From the human T2T-CHM13v2.0 reference genome, Homo sapiens, in assembly GCF_009914755.1 (NCBI RefSeq), contig NC_060938.1: 64,000 nucleotides of DNA; one strand, 5' to 3'. The notes beneath the pieces are model-generated. The model saw nothing but the letters and a program-made list of their open reading frames with translations, was not told the DNA's origin and did no database searches. The position numbers and the translations under genes were made by a program. Positions 17,466 to 31,053 of this stretch are shown here, one piece after another. Within the stretch, counting starts at the first letter, position 1, and each line of letters starts with the position of its first letter.

Positions 17466-17719
17466 GACTGGCTAAGGGATACCCCTACTGCCCTGGTGGC
17501 CTGGCTCTGCAGACTCTGGGATCTCTGAGGTCCTCTGTGGAGTAGGATCAAATGCTCTTTGGCCACAGCTGGGGCAGGCTCAAATGAGACAGGACGTGGC
17601 CAAGTCCTCAGAGCAGAGCATGTTGCCCCAGACAGGGAGGGGCCTGTGCTGGAGACCCCTACCCACCTCTTGACCTGGGGCCTGGCCCCTTCTCCCACAG
17701 CCCTGCTAGACAGACTCAC

Positions 17720-17849
17720 GCGTCGACGATGCCTGGGAATAGGATCCATGGGATTGATGAGAAATCCTGACTTTGGGATGTTGTTGGTGAAAACCATTTT
17801 CTTCCCCGAATCCACTTCCATCCTCTGCAGATGCCAGTTTCTGATGAGG
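17720..17849 (-). CDS. SYNE3: SYNE3 coding exon 13 (S-LIRNWHLQRMEVD...HRRR)
   Basis: Acceptor tcttctcag|CCTC; donor CGC|gtgagt; 130 nt, phase 2-0. Confidence 0.94.
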
Positions 17850-18298
17850 CTGAGAAGACAAACTCAGCCCAGTCAATGCAGAGATGTGGTGGGGACCCAC
17901 CAGGACATGGGAAAAGTAATAGAATTGGGGAACCACGGGTCACGAGTCAGTGCCCCCCACTGAAGTTTGTGAGAATGTTCCTGAGGCATGCTCACATCCG
18001 GTTTCTGACTTTAAACTCAGAGTAACCTGTCATGAACGTGCGTACGCCCATAGATGCAGATGGGGAAACTGAGGCTCAAGCCAGTATAGACTGGAGGCTA
18101 ACTCCCAAGACGGGGACATTTCCTGGCTCCTCCTGCTCCTGCTAGAATAGCCAACTGGGCCAAAGTGTGAAGGTGCCCACGGCCCCTGGCTCCACACTGG
18201 GCAGCACCCTGGCCCTCTGCTCCACGAGCACCTGAGTGTCCCTGAGTGAGAAGGGGCAGTGTCCCAGACAACGCTCAGAGCCTAGGAGGCACTCTCAC

Positions 18299-18471
18299 CT
18301 CAGCAGACTTTCTTCCAGCAGCCTCAAGGCCCGCCACGACTCTGCCAGCTCCCTGAGCTCCTCCTGCACCACAGCAGCACCCTCCGGAGAAGACTTCTCC
18401 ATCACCAGCCAGCCCTGCGCTTCCACCAGGGACAGCTGGGCCTCCTTCTCCGGGAATTCTGCCACCAGCCT
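18299..18471 (-). CDS. SYNE3: SYNE3 coding exon 12 (RLVAEFP...ESLL-S)
   Basis: Acceptor gtcctttag|AGG; donor CTGAG|gtgaga; 173 nt, phase 0-2. Translated by hand; it is not a separate ORF in the track. Confidence 0.93.
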
Positions 18472-18600
18472 CTAAAGGACACACGGACACACAGACACAC
18501 ACACGGTGAGGGTGGAGGGAGGTTTCTGCTCCTTGGTGTGGGAACGTTGGCCTGTCAAGGCTGCTTCTTTGGGAAGTGGGTGAGGGAACCACCGCCTTAC

Positions 18601-18762
18601 CTCAAACTCGGCCTCTTGGGACTCGGCATCCCCCGGGCCCGCCTCTCCCCGGTGTGCCTCCAGCTTTTGCGTGGTCACAACGATCCACTGCCGCAGCTCC
18701 AGCAGCTGGTGGCTGAAGGTGCAGTGCTCCTGCACACTCTGCCGACACCTGTCCACAAGGTC
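18601..18762 (-). CDS. SYNE3: SYNE3 coding exon 11 (DLVDRCR...EAEFE)
   Basis: Acceptor gtgctgcag|GAC; donor GAG|gtaagg; 162 nt. Confidence 0.94.
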
Positions 18763-19029
18763 CTGCAGCACAGCCCGGGGAGCCCAGGGCGTCCTGAGTG
18801 CTGGCCGAGGGGGAGACCCCCGCACCACCCCCACCCTGCAGGGCTCTCACACCCGCTGGGGACCCCAGGGCTCCCCACCAAGTAGCACCACAAGAGGCTG
18901 GGCTGGCCCTTCCCTCCACACAGCACAAGGAATTTACCCTTGGAAGATCAAATCTGGTTTAAAGCCTATCTTACTTTTAGGAAAACGACCAAGTCTAGGT
19001 GAGGGTGGGGGAAATCGGATCTCCTGTCC

Positions 19030-19600
19030 ACCACTGATCCAAGTGTAAATTGGCTCAACCACTTGTGGAAACCACGGGTCAGAATCTACCCAAATGGAAC
19101 GTGGCTGTAGCTGATGGCCCAGCCATTCCACTCCCGGTGTATGTCCCAGAAATGGGAACATATCCTCACCCAAGGTCATACATGTGACAGCCCCAAGTTG
19201 GAAACTATCCAAGTGCCCATCAAGAGTAGAATGAATAAATACACGGTGGTATATTCACACAATGGAATGTTTTACAGCAGCAAGAATGAACAGTCTATAA
19301 CCACATGCAATACAGCAGATGAATTTACAACCATCATCTGGAGAGCTAAAGGCCAGGCACAAAAGAAAACATTCTGTCCAATTCAATTTAAATGAAGGAT
19401 AACATCAGGCAAACCCAAGCTATGTTGCGGGAAGCATGAAGTCAGAGCCCCCCTTGAGGGTCGGGAATGGTGAGCTGGGCATGACCGCAGGCACAGAGGC
19501 TTTGGGAGGCTGGTAATATTCTGTGTTTTAGTTGGGTGCTGGTAACACAGATGCATTTAATTTTTAAAAAAAGTAATCGAGCTGCACACTCAGATATTCA
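19030..19600 (+). mobile_element. Old L1 (L1ME/MD-type) 3' fragment
   Basis: gtgtaaattggctcaaccac...cccagccattccactcccgg...ggaaactatccaagtgcccatcaa...gaatgaataaat...ggtatattcacacaatggaat. Confidence 0.7.
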
Positions 19601-20479
19601 CGTTCAGTCTTTCTTTGTTCTTTTTCCTGAGTACTGTTTCCTGGGCCAATCTATTGTTCAGCTCTCTGTCACCAGGAAAGGTGGACACTGTCCCCAGAAG
19701 GGCAGCCATTCTCTATGCCTCTGGCCACCCAGCCTGAGACCCTTGGAGCTTTCTTTACATAGCCTGCCATGAACCAGTCAGACCCCAGGGCCTGCCGTTC
19801 CCATTCCAGCTGTGTTCCTTGAATAAGGTCATCATGACTCTCTGCAGGGCTACCATAGGCCCTGCCTTCTACATTCCACAGACACTGACTGAGATCGCTG
19901 GATACCAGGCCCATACCAGGGGCTGGGGAGACTGCTGCCTCTGTCCTCAGTGAGCCATCAATGAGGGCCTGAGAAGTTATCTAAAACTCCACTTCTCTGA
20001 GTTGTCCCTACCACTGTCCCCTCCTGGTCCCTGTGTGCCAACATTAGACCAGACGCCTCCAAGGGCTTCCCGTACATAGAGCTGTGATCTCCAACATCAG
20101 ATACCTGCCCCCCAGGGGGACACAGAGACTGCCTCGCTGTGGGGAAGGACATATTAGATTAACAAGCACTGGGTACCAAAATAATAAAAGGGCAATTTCT
20201 CTTTAAAGAAGAATATAAACAATCAATAAGAATTGGAATATCATCATTTTGCAACACCGAGTGATGCTCAGTTAACGCTGCTTCTCGTAACGACTAATCT
20301 AGCCCATCATTTGGATGGAGGTATTAGGAGACTTTTGCTGCTTCTACGGGTTTCTATGGGCTCCTGAGGAGTGAGGACAGTGTGTCCTATTTCTCTACTG
20401 CCTCGACCTTGAAACTACTAACTGCTAGTTTATTGAATGTAATTAAATGAATTCAACCAGACTTTAATCGTCACTTACA

Positions 20480-21155
20480 CCAATGGGGCTCCACAGGTGA
20501 TGCCTTATGTCCTGGAAACTGGTGGGGAGGGTTTGCGGTTGCTGCGATAGAGGTGGTGAGGGTGATACTAGGTGGAGTGAGAGGGATGGGTGCTCGCATT
20601 CCACCCTGGGGTGGATAGTCCACAAATGCAGAATTTGCCCACATCCCACACGATTTTCTCATGTCCTCCTAATATCTACAGCAGTAAAAAACCTGCTTGG
20701 CATGACCTGAGCTCAGACTGTCACTCCAATCAACACACAAACACAAGGAAGATTTTGCAGTTTTAACAAACATACTGACTTCTCTAGAGCTGCACCCTTT
20801 GTGTAAGTGGATGGAAGACTGCTCTTGGGTTTGATCAAAGTTCTATCAAGCGTTGTTCCCATTTCAGAAAACCACATCACTAGAGGCCGTGATGGTTGTG
20901 TCACCTGACACAGCATTTGCGGCTGTCACACAGGGAGGGCACGTTCTGACCACCTCCTTATGTCTTGAGTGTGGCCATCTGGGAGTACTTACATATTGGA
21001 CAATATTGTATTATAATTACTTTCCTTTGATTTCTCTTTTCTATTTCCTGGGTGGGTATATTCCCTATGAATTTCAGGAGTGTAAGGAGGAGGTTAGGAA
21101 TGTTTGGTATGAAATAGGGCGTGCAATGTCAGGTAGGAGGGAGAGCTCTCACTGC
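20480..21155 (+). mobile_element. MER20B-like hAT-Charlie remnant
   Basis: The 3' portion ttccctatgaatttcagga...aggaggttaggaatgtttggtatgaaatagggcgt...ctctcactg resembles the recalled MER20B terminus. Confidence 0.45.
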
Positions 21156-21376
21156 CTCACTGGGTTTTCTTGAGGTGTGAGCGCCAGAGACCCTGCTTTA
21201 TACTCCTCAGGGCTTGTTACAACGGCAGACCCAGGACTCCATCTGAATCAGTGTCACAGTGGGGCCTGGAGTCTGCATTTCCACTTGTCCTCAGGCCAGT
21301 TTTGAAGGAGCTTTGAGTTCCATCCCTACTGCTGGAAGGGGACTGAATCCTGGACAAACCCTAGAAAGAGCTGAGG

Positions 21377-21395
21377 TGGCCACTAGAGGGCACTG
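21377..21395 (+). promoter_or_regulatory. CTCF-like motif TGGCCACTAGAGGGCACTG
   Basis: Close match to the CTCF core consensus TGGCCAC(C/T)AG(A/G)GGGC(A/G)(C/G)(T/C); occupancy cannot be shown from sequence. Confidence 0.6.
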
Positions 21396-21841
21396 GCGAT
21401 GAAGCTCTGTGGCCTCCAGGCTTTGTGCAGGCTGCAAGGGACCCGAGGCCGCCTGTGTTCTGGGCTGCCTAAGGATCTCAGCAGCCTGCTCTCTTCTTTT
21501 GCCGCTTGGCCTTAATCTCAATATGTAATTGTGCATTGGCTTGTTTGCTTGATGATTAATTGTCCATCTACCCAACTGGGGCGTAACTCCCAGGAGAGCA
21601 GGGGCCTGGGCTGTCATGCTCTGCTACCTCCATCCTTAGGGCCACCTAGAACACTGCCTGGCATATGGGAGGTGCTCAATAATTGTCTGTTGTATGAATG
21701 AGGAAGGGAAGAAAACAGGGAGAAAGAAAAAAGAGAGGTTAGAAGGAATGAAGGCAGGAAAGGGGAAGAAAGGCCCCAGGCGTGTTGGATGACAGGGGCC
21801 GGCTCTCTGTCAAAGCACAGGCCCTTCTGCCAGCCCCTTAC

Positions 21842-21976
21842 CTCCAGAGACCTCTGCAGGGCCTGGAAGTCGGAGGAAAGCTGGTCCATTTTGTGCTGGT
21901 GGTTGGGGTTCTCCTGGACCAGAGGCCTTGCAGCCTCCATCTGTGCCCCCAAGTCCAGCCCCTCTTCCTGCAGCCC
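21842..21976 (-). CDS. SYNE3: SYNE3 coding exon 10 (GLQEEGL...QRSLE)
   Basis: Acceptor ctactgcag|GGG; donor GAG|gtaagg; 135 nt. Confidence 0.94.
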
Positions 21977-22339
21977 CTGCAGTAGAGAAGGGAACAGGTA
22001 GGCTAATCTTCCCACCTCTCCCTCCCTTGGGGTGGCCGATCAGGGCAGAGCCTCTGAGTGGGAGAGCCTGGGAGGGGTGAATTCCCCAAGGCGGTGGGGC
22101 TCTTTCATACCAGCGGAAGTACCAACCACATGGCTGGTCTGATGGGCCCACTCTCAGGGCTGGAGAGATTTTAAAAATCAGACAAAAATATTCTGGGACA
22201 CCATGAAAATAAACTCTGCTACAAGCCAGATGGCATCTCTGGGGACAAACTCACATTGGGACTCATACTTGATGACCACCTCTCATTATGAGGAAACACG
22301 TCCCAATTTTAGTTTTAAAACCCAAAATGCACTATTTTT

Positions 22340-22633
22340 TTTCTTTTTTTGGAGACAGAGTCTCACTCTGTCGCCCAGGCTGGAGCACAGTGGCACAATG
22401 TGGGCTCACTGCAACCTCTGCCTCCTGGGTTCAAGTGATTCTGGTGCCTCGGCCTCCCAAGTAGCTGGGGTTACAGATTCCCGCCACCACGCCTGGCTAA
22501 ATTTTTTGCTTTTTTAAAAAGTAGAGACAGGGTTTCACCATGTTGCCCAGGCTGATCTCAAAATCCTAAAGTCAGGCAATCTGCTCACCTCCCAAAGTGC
22601 TGGGATTACAGGCGTGAGCCACCGCTCCCGGCC
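22340..22633 (-). mobile_element. Alu (AluS-type)
   Basis: Reverse Alu; TSD AAAATGCACTATTTTT (22324-22339 / 22635-22650). Confidence 0.92.
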
Positions 22634-23155
22634 TAAAATGCACTATTTTTAATGTCTTCTAGAGAACACTCTCAATTTATGTATGAGCTGTGCTTGGGTT
22701 TTAAAAAGAGAACTATTGTATCACGCGCATTTTAAAAAACCATCAAGTTCCTTATCCAGCCAACAATGATCAACGGTCAGCCTACTTACAGTCCACGTTT
22801 CAGAACATTTATTCTTAATCCCAAAGTTGGTTTAACTGAACACCTCTGGACTCATTAAGAATACTTAGCAAAGCAATTCTAAAAACAAATACCAATGTTA
22901 GACTTTGGAACTGAGGAGTAAACAGAAAGACAGTTTGTCATTTTGCTGAGCTCAAGACTCAGTTGTTTGAGGTCAGGAACCATCAGATAAATAAGCAGAG
23001 GTTCTGTTGAGGTGAAAGGTCAGATCTCAACTAAGGGTCTAAATTTCTGGCTCACGGCAGCTGTTGCTTTGCTGGTTACTGCTAGAGGGAGACGCTGCTT
23101 CCAGGTGCAGCTGAGCACCTGGGCAGGAGTGATTCAGGCCTCACAGACCCCTCAC

Positions 23156-23299
23156 CTGCAACCTTGAGAGCTGGGCCTGTTTTCCAGGAAGGTCCCGCTG
23201 AAGCCCCTTCTCGGCTTGGACCCTGACCTGGAGGTCCAAGAGCTTCCTCTGCAGGGGCTCAAAAGCTGCTCCAAAGTCTTTGTGCTGAGCGAGCAGGCT
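23156..23299 (-). CDS. SYNE3: SYNE3 coding exon 9 (SLLAQHK...LSRLQ)
   Basis: Acceptor tgtctgcag|AGC; donor CAG|gtgagg; 144 nt. Confidence 0.94.
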
Positions 23300-23517
23300 C
23301 TGCAGACACAGGACAGTGTGCACATTAAGAGCGTTCCTCATGAGCACCGTGTTGTGAGACCCGACCCGTTCAGCCAGGCTGCTCTTCGTCTCGGCCAGCT
23401 CATGCTCATTCAGGCGCCACCCCCTCCAGGAAGCCTTCCCTGAGCCCTGATGGAGTTGGGTGCCTCTCTTTAGGGTCACTACAGCGTCCTCACAGAACAC
23501 TTTGGCCACATCCCTCC

Positions 23518-23730
23518 AGAACTGGGGCAAGCTACACCCCTCCACCCACCGACCAAATCCCACCAGAGGCCTGTTTTTGTAAATAAAGTTTTATAGGAAC
23601 CCAGCCATGCCCATACATTTATAGCTGCAGTGGTGGCGCTGAGGAGCTGCGACAGCGACTGCCTGCCCTGCAGACTCTAAAACCTTCACTGTCTGGCCCT
23701 TCACAGAAACAGTCTGCCAACCCTTGCTGT
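23518..23730. mobile_element. MER58A-like hAT-Charlie element
   Basis: gcctgtttttgtaaataaagttttataggaacccagccatgccc...ctgtctggcccttcacagaaacagtctgccaaccc. Confidence 0.75.
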
Positions 23731-24577
23731 AAAACAGCACTTTGATGTCTTCTAGTAATTGCCTACTTATTTGTGTCTACCAGCAAAAGCTGTGAGTGTT
23801 TGAGGGTGAAGACCTTGGCTTCCTTTCTTCATCCCCCCAGCTCCTAGAACTGCACCAGGCCCTGTGGATGGAGGGAACATGCACGGGAGCTGAAATCATG
23901 GGCTGGGTCCTGGCTGTACCCCATATGGACCATGAGCCACCTTCTTGACCATTCTGCTTCAGTGTCCTCGTGTGTAAAACAAGAAAAATAACAGTACCTC
24001 CCTCATAGTGCTCTTATGTGGATTAGATAAGATCAAGGATCTGGAGCTCTTAGCAATGCCCTGGCCCATAGCCAGTGCCCCATAGATCATAGTTATTATT
24101 GTCATCATCATTAGATGCTCAGCAAACATTTGTTACCTAAAAGAATAAGCTGTCCACAACATGCCACGCCATGTCATTGATGTAGTGTAGTCATTTTGAA
24201 ATGTGTCACTAATATGAGCTTCCAGCTCCAGGGTGGTTTAAATTTTACAAGGACTTTTATCACCATTTTCTTATTTGACCCTCCTGTCACTCTCTGCAGA
24301 AGACTGGACTGGGTTCAATTTGATTGCAGGGGGTTTGGGGACAGGGCTGGGAGGCAGACAGGTGGTGGCTAGGAAACCAGTTAGAGGGACCATGCAAGAA
24401 TCCTACCCAGTTTACACATGAGGAGGCTGAGATGGTCAGGGACAAAGGGATACACCCAGGGCCACACAGTGGCAAGCGGCAGAGCTGAGTTTAGAACATA
24501 AGGCCATCTGCCTCCCCAGTGGGTGCTCCAGCCCCGTGGCCAAGCCAAGTCCCGAGCAGATGCCTGGTGCTGCACAC

Positions 24578-24760
24578 CTGCAGTTTGCTTTTCCTCTGCA
24601 GGAGGCTGTTATGCAGCAGGTCTCTGTCCCTCATGGAACCTGCCACCTGCTCCAGGAGTGCCGTGGCTCTCTCCTGGCCAAAGATGCCAATCAGGAGGTC
24701 TTTCTTCAGCTGCAGCATCGTCAGCAGCTCTTTCAGGCGGGAGCTTTCCATCAGGGCTGC
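24578..24760 (-). CDS. SYNE3: SYNE3 coding exon 8 (AALMESS...KSKLQ)
   Basis: Acceptor tctcccacag|GCA; donor CAG|gtgtgc; 183 nt. Confidence 0.94.
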
Positions 24761-25723
24761 CTGTGGGAGACAAGGCTTCCGTGAACCACAGACCGGGCAG
24801 GACACAGCTCAGAAACAGAGCCAGGGGCACAACTGTTCTGGCTGCAACTGCTTAGGAAGCTCACCTTTGTGCAGGTGTCTGAGGAAGCAGCAAACTCAAG
24901 TAGAAACAAAATGAGCTGGCAGGAATGCGCTGGCAAGGCCCTGAGTTTCGGGGTCAACTTTGATTCCTCTCTCCCCTCCCACATCTGTCTTGATACTCAA
25001 GCCTGAGTAATATCCACCTCCTACAGGCCTCAAAAGTCTGTCTCCTCTCCATGGCCTCTGCCCCTGACTGCAGTGCACCCTCAGCCTTGGGCACCTGGAC
25101 CACACAGCTCCTGAATGGCTGCTGCCTCCCAGTTAGTTGGCTCCCCACCACTGGCCCACCACATTGCTGCAGAACCTAGACCCAGCCAGCTTGATCCTCT
25201 ACTCAGTGATCCCCCGTCACCAACAACAGTGGACACACCCCCCAGCGCTATCTGCAACAGTGTTTTGGACATTTTGAAGGGAGCTACAGGCCTGTAGGAG
25301 CATGTTCAGAGAGAATTCATGAAGGCTTCCCAGAGGAGGTGATACTCAGCAGACTACTGATGTGCAGGAGTTTGCCAGGCAAAGAGGAGAACTAAGGGGG
25401 CTCAGAGGCCTCCTACAATGGCAGCAGGCTGCCATATAGCCCAAACTCTGCGCAGCCCAGGCCCTACCTCCTCCAGGAAGCCTTCCCTGACCCCATTCCC
25501 AGCCTACAATCACTCTTCTTGCCCCCAAAGCCCTGCAACTCTTAGAGCCTGAACCAAGCCTCCGACTCCTGTTGCCTCTCCAGCTGTTTCAGGTAAGCAC
25601 CTCTTGCATTTCTAATCGAGAGTCTGGGGTTCTGGAAGCCACAGGTTTTGTCTTCGCCCAGAGTTCTTTCATTTTATACCTGATGATGTTGCTGAGAACC
25701 CACTCTCAGACTTAAAACACTGA

Positions 25724-26105
<382 letters not shown>

Positions 26106-27076
26106 AAGAAAGTGGTCATTCTTTAAGCAAAGCTGGAGCTAGTGCCGTGGGAGTTCAAGGCAGAGGTGGACACTCCTGGTTGGGGAAATCGAGTACTACT
26201 TTGAAGAAGGCAGTACTGAAGACAGGCCTTGAAGGGCAGGTGTTTCTGGAAGAGGCAGTGTAACCACAGCTGATACAGCTGTACTGGCATGACCTGCACA
26301 CCAGGGCATCTAGCTTGTGTTCAGTCACACAGAGGTCAAGCCTCTCACTGTAGGGGAGTCAGTCACCTTTACCCCCTTTTCACCAAGCTCAGACACAATA
26401 TCATGGGAGTTAAGAGTTTAGGCTGGGGACTTGAGATCATGAGTCTGGATTATGTACTAGTTGGGAAGCTATGGGCAGATCTGAGCCTCAGTTTCCTCTT
26501 TTGTCAAATAGGTTCCCTGGCTCTGATCCCTCATCTGCAAAATAAGAAAGATCATAGTAGAAATGGAAATAAAACTACCTGTGCATAGATATTCAAAATA
26601 TGTGAATTATGACAATAAAAAATCAGAAACAACCTAAGCCTTTAATTGTGGATACACCGAATTATGTCACACTCCAGAACAGAATATGATCCAGCCATTG
26701 AAAATGATCACTTTTATTTGAATGATTTTAAATGATGCTGAGAACAAAAGCTCAAATGTGTGGAGTGAGAATATCAGAATATACAATTATAGAACTTGAT
26801 CCCAAATACATAAAAATTGTAATTAAATCTTCTGTCTCTTGGTGACCATATCTCATGGAAATATCTAAATGGATTTAATCAGATATAAAGGACAGATTTG
26901 GGATCTTCTGATCTAAAATTGAGTTTTGTGACACATATGAAATTCACTCCAGGATGCCCTGAGGAGTACCTAGAAAAGATGGCCCACCATCCTTTGGAGC
27001 ATAGGGCTGGGAGAAGGGGCCCACTGGACCCTTGGAAAGAAAGGCCATGCCCTGCAGCTTAAAAACTATTAAGAGA

Positions 27077-27437
<361 letters not shown>

Positions 27438-27807
27438 TCAAAATGCAGGCACATGGCCAAGTAGTGTACCCAAGGGTGAGCAGGGGCCAACCCTGGTTAT
27501 TGGTTCTCCTCGGTCATACCAAGGTGGCAGAAAAGGGGATGGAGAAATTGCCCCAACATGTTCATCCCTGTGGCTTGTGGGATAATGGGAGCTTTTTGTT
27601 TTCTTCTTCACACACCTTTACACTCTCCAAGTAGGTGTGCCTTTTATAATCAGAATGATTATACATCTCACACACGTTTGAGTCTTTTCCCACTCTTTGT
27701 GTCTAAGAATCTCTAGACACAAAATCATTTTATGGACTTCAGAGTTCAATGATGCCAGAGACAGTATGTACAGGCACACTGGGGACACCACAGTGACGGG
27801 CATCATG

Positions 27808-28310
27808 AAAGATGTTGTCTTCTGCTCATCCCACAGCCATACCTCCTTCTCTCTTCCCAAACAACCAGCATTTTGGGATGCAAAGTGCTCAGTTCCGAGG
27901 CACTGAGTCTAATTGGTACAAAGCAGTTACGGTAATCCCATCATCCTTGCCGATGATTGGGCCAGGAATAATCAATCATATGACCTTGACCAACCAATGA
28001 GATGTGAGGGGAGTGTGCGGGTGTCAGGGGAAGATTTGAAAGGCGGAAGTAGAGGTGGAGAGAGCCCTGTGCATCCGCGGCTCCATCCGGAGCCAGTTGT
28101 TGTTCATGGGAGATGCACGTTTGGAGCCGGAGCAGCCATGCTGGGGCCATGAGGCGAGACCTGGCTTAGAACTACAAAGGGCTTGGTCCTGGTGACACCA
28201 CTGAGCTGTGGCCTGGCACCCTGGACTGCCTGAATGTCGCTGTTTTAAGATACCGCAGGTCAGGTCAGGTTTCTTGCCACTTGGAGCTGCAGTAAAGGCA
28301 ATGGCCTGAG
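27808..28310 (+). mobile_element. MLT1K/L-like LTR remnant
   Basis: gattgggccaggaat...catatgacc...ccaatgagatgtgagggg...gcagccatgctggggccatgagg...ggtcctggtgacaccactgagc. Confidence 0.5.
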
Positions 28311-28600
28311 AACGCTGCTCTCTCAGGAGTGCTAATGCCTCCACCTGGGAGATGCTTGCGGGTGGGGAGCGTCCGTACGGAGCCCCGGGTTAACCCCCAG
28401 GAGCCGAGCTGACCTTTGTCAGTGTAACAAGCAAGCATGGACGCTCCCTGTGCACCAGGACTCAGCAGACCGGGCGCAGTGAGCTCTCCCCAGATATCCG
28501 GAGGACCCGGAAACGGACCTTCCCCTGGGAGAGAGACTGAAACACCATGCCCCGCCAGTGGCCCACCCCAGCCCCACCCAGTTGGCAGGACCACGGTTAC

Positions 28601-28775
28601 CTCGATCTGGGGCAGGAAGGTGTGAAGGGAAGGCAGGTCCGGCAGGCTGGCAGTGACCTCCAAGAGCCGCTGGGCCAGGGCCTTCCACAGCTGCAGATCC
28701 TGCAGAGGCCGCTGGAAATGCTGCCACAGCTCCACCGCCGCGGCATTGCGCAGCCTCGCGCTCTTCACCTTCAGG
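28601..28775 (-). CDS. SYNE3: SYNE3 coding exon 7 (S-LKVKSARL...LPQIE)
   Basis: Acceptor ccttgcag|CCTG; donor GAG|gtaacc; 175 nt, phase 2-0. Confidence 0.94.
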
Positions 28776-29062
28776 CTGCAAGGAGCGTGGAGGGAGAAAA
28801 TGAGGGAGGAGAGAGAGTGGGTTCAGTCCAGGGATGAGGCCTCCGCCAAGACCCTCAAGAGGCCCAGCATGCACTGCTCCCAGGGTGGGCCTTCTCCTGT
28901 TTCAGTTGCTGGGAATGTCTGCAGCAGTAGACAGAAGATGTAGCTGGAAGGGACTTTGATTAATATCACTATGAAAAGGCATCAGCAGCAGGCCTGGGGT
29001 CTTCCTGAGGACAGACACTGGGGCTCCTTGGGACCTGTAGTCTCATATAATTTACATTCATG

Positions 29063-29447
<385 letters not shown>

Positions 29448-29559
29448 TTAAGTGGCTCAATATTAACAAGCCTCAGTTTTCTCACCTATGAAATAGGCAA
29501 CACAGTGCTCCTCTCATATAATCATTCTAAGTGTTAGATGAGATGACACATGGAGACAT

Positions 29560-30085
29560 TATTCTTCCAGTAACGGAAAAATAATTCATTCAGACTGGCC
29601 CTCCCACTGAGTACAAAAACAAAAGATGAAAAAATTGCTTGATCAAAGTTTTAAAAAACAAATAATAGAAATGTGAGTCTAACCAACTTTGACCCTGAGG
29701 GCATTTGCCAATCTGGAAGAAATAGCTACAAAACTGAGTTAGGGTTTTGGCAGCCACTCAGGATAAGGGTCTATCAAAAATGGGCAGATTCTGAAAACAG
29801 CACCTCACATGAAGCTGGGATCGCAAAGGTCCATGCCCTCAGGATAAAAGTGCACTGCAAGCAAGCCAGTCCAACAGACGGATGGCCCAGCTTCATGACC
29901 AAGGAATACAAGCCTTGAAGATAAATTATGGAGACCCTAGACCAGTCCTGCCTGCCCCCAGGCACCTGGAAGAAGCAAACAAAACCCTTTCTTGAGTAAG
30001 ATACCGTCATTCTAGGCCCATTTAATTTCTACGAATAATTTTTCAAACACAATGTCCAGCACCAAGTCATAGGAAACCAATACCT
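29560..30085 (+). mobile_element. Old L1M 5'-region remnant, related to 12800-13340
   Basis: Shares catttgccaat-tggaag-aatagct--aaaac...ttttggcagcc with 13011-13070. Confidence 0.5.
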
Positions 30086-30916
30086 GAAATCTCAGTGAGA
30101 GAAACCAGAGGGAGAGGAAGACCCTTGGCCACTCTGTCTCCCTGCCTACTTTGTGCACAGGAAATCCAACCCCCCAACCCCAGCCCGACCCCTACCTTAG
30201 CATCCCACGGGGGATCCAGGCCACTGCCCCAGTTTTATAGATGTAGGCCTGAGCACGCTGTGGGATGAGAGCCACACAGCAAAGGTAGGAGCTCCCTTTG
30301 TTCATTCTGAAGGAGCTCCCTGTACCAGGCAGAGGTAGGAGATGCACGACAGCTGCGTGGACAGTTGTACCATGTTCAGAACACCTCGGAGGCTCATGCA
30401 GTGAAGACAGGTAACAGATTTCAAATCAACACTTTGCTCGGTTCCACACAGGGAGGATACAGGGCTGCTGCATTTGCTAAACTAGGAAGCTGGAGGTCCT
30501 GCTGTGCCTGAGCCCGGGGGCTGAGGGACACGTGGAGGCTGGTCTGGAGACGGCTCAGATGTTGAAGTCAGCATCCGAAGGCAGGGGAATGGAGTCTGTC
30601 TATTGAAAAGCCCTCCCTTTGGGCCATCACCCCTCCCCAATGCTAACCTGCATGAAGAGTCATGATAGGATGGGTGGCTGAGCCACTAGCCTGGATAAAT
30701 GCAAAGTTCAGGCCTCTTTCTGGGAGCAAATGCAAAACAGTCAAAGGGGACAGTGTCTGAGCCAAGTGAGAACCTCTAAAAGCCAGTCATTGAGAGGTAC
30801 AAAGAATGATTTAGAAGTTACTATGTTGTAGGAGAAAGCAAGCCCGCCTTCTGGAGATGGGGAAATGTGGGTTCCAGCACACCCTGAGTCCCACCACCCT
30901 TGGCCTTCCCAGATAC

Positions 30917-31053
30917 CTCTGATACTCCTGGATGGTAGCGATGACACTATCAGAGAGTGGCTTCAGGTTGTGAGGGAAGACGATGAGCTCCTTCAGCTGG
31001 GCTTGCAGCCGGTCCACCCGGGGCTCCTCCGAGGCCAGCGCCGCCCGTGTTGC
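30917..31053 (-). CDS. SYNE3: SYNE3 coding exon 6 (ATRAALAS...QEYQ-S)
   Basis: Acceptor gtgctgcag|GCA; donor CAGAG|gtatct; 137 nt, phase 0-2. Confidence 0.93.
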
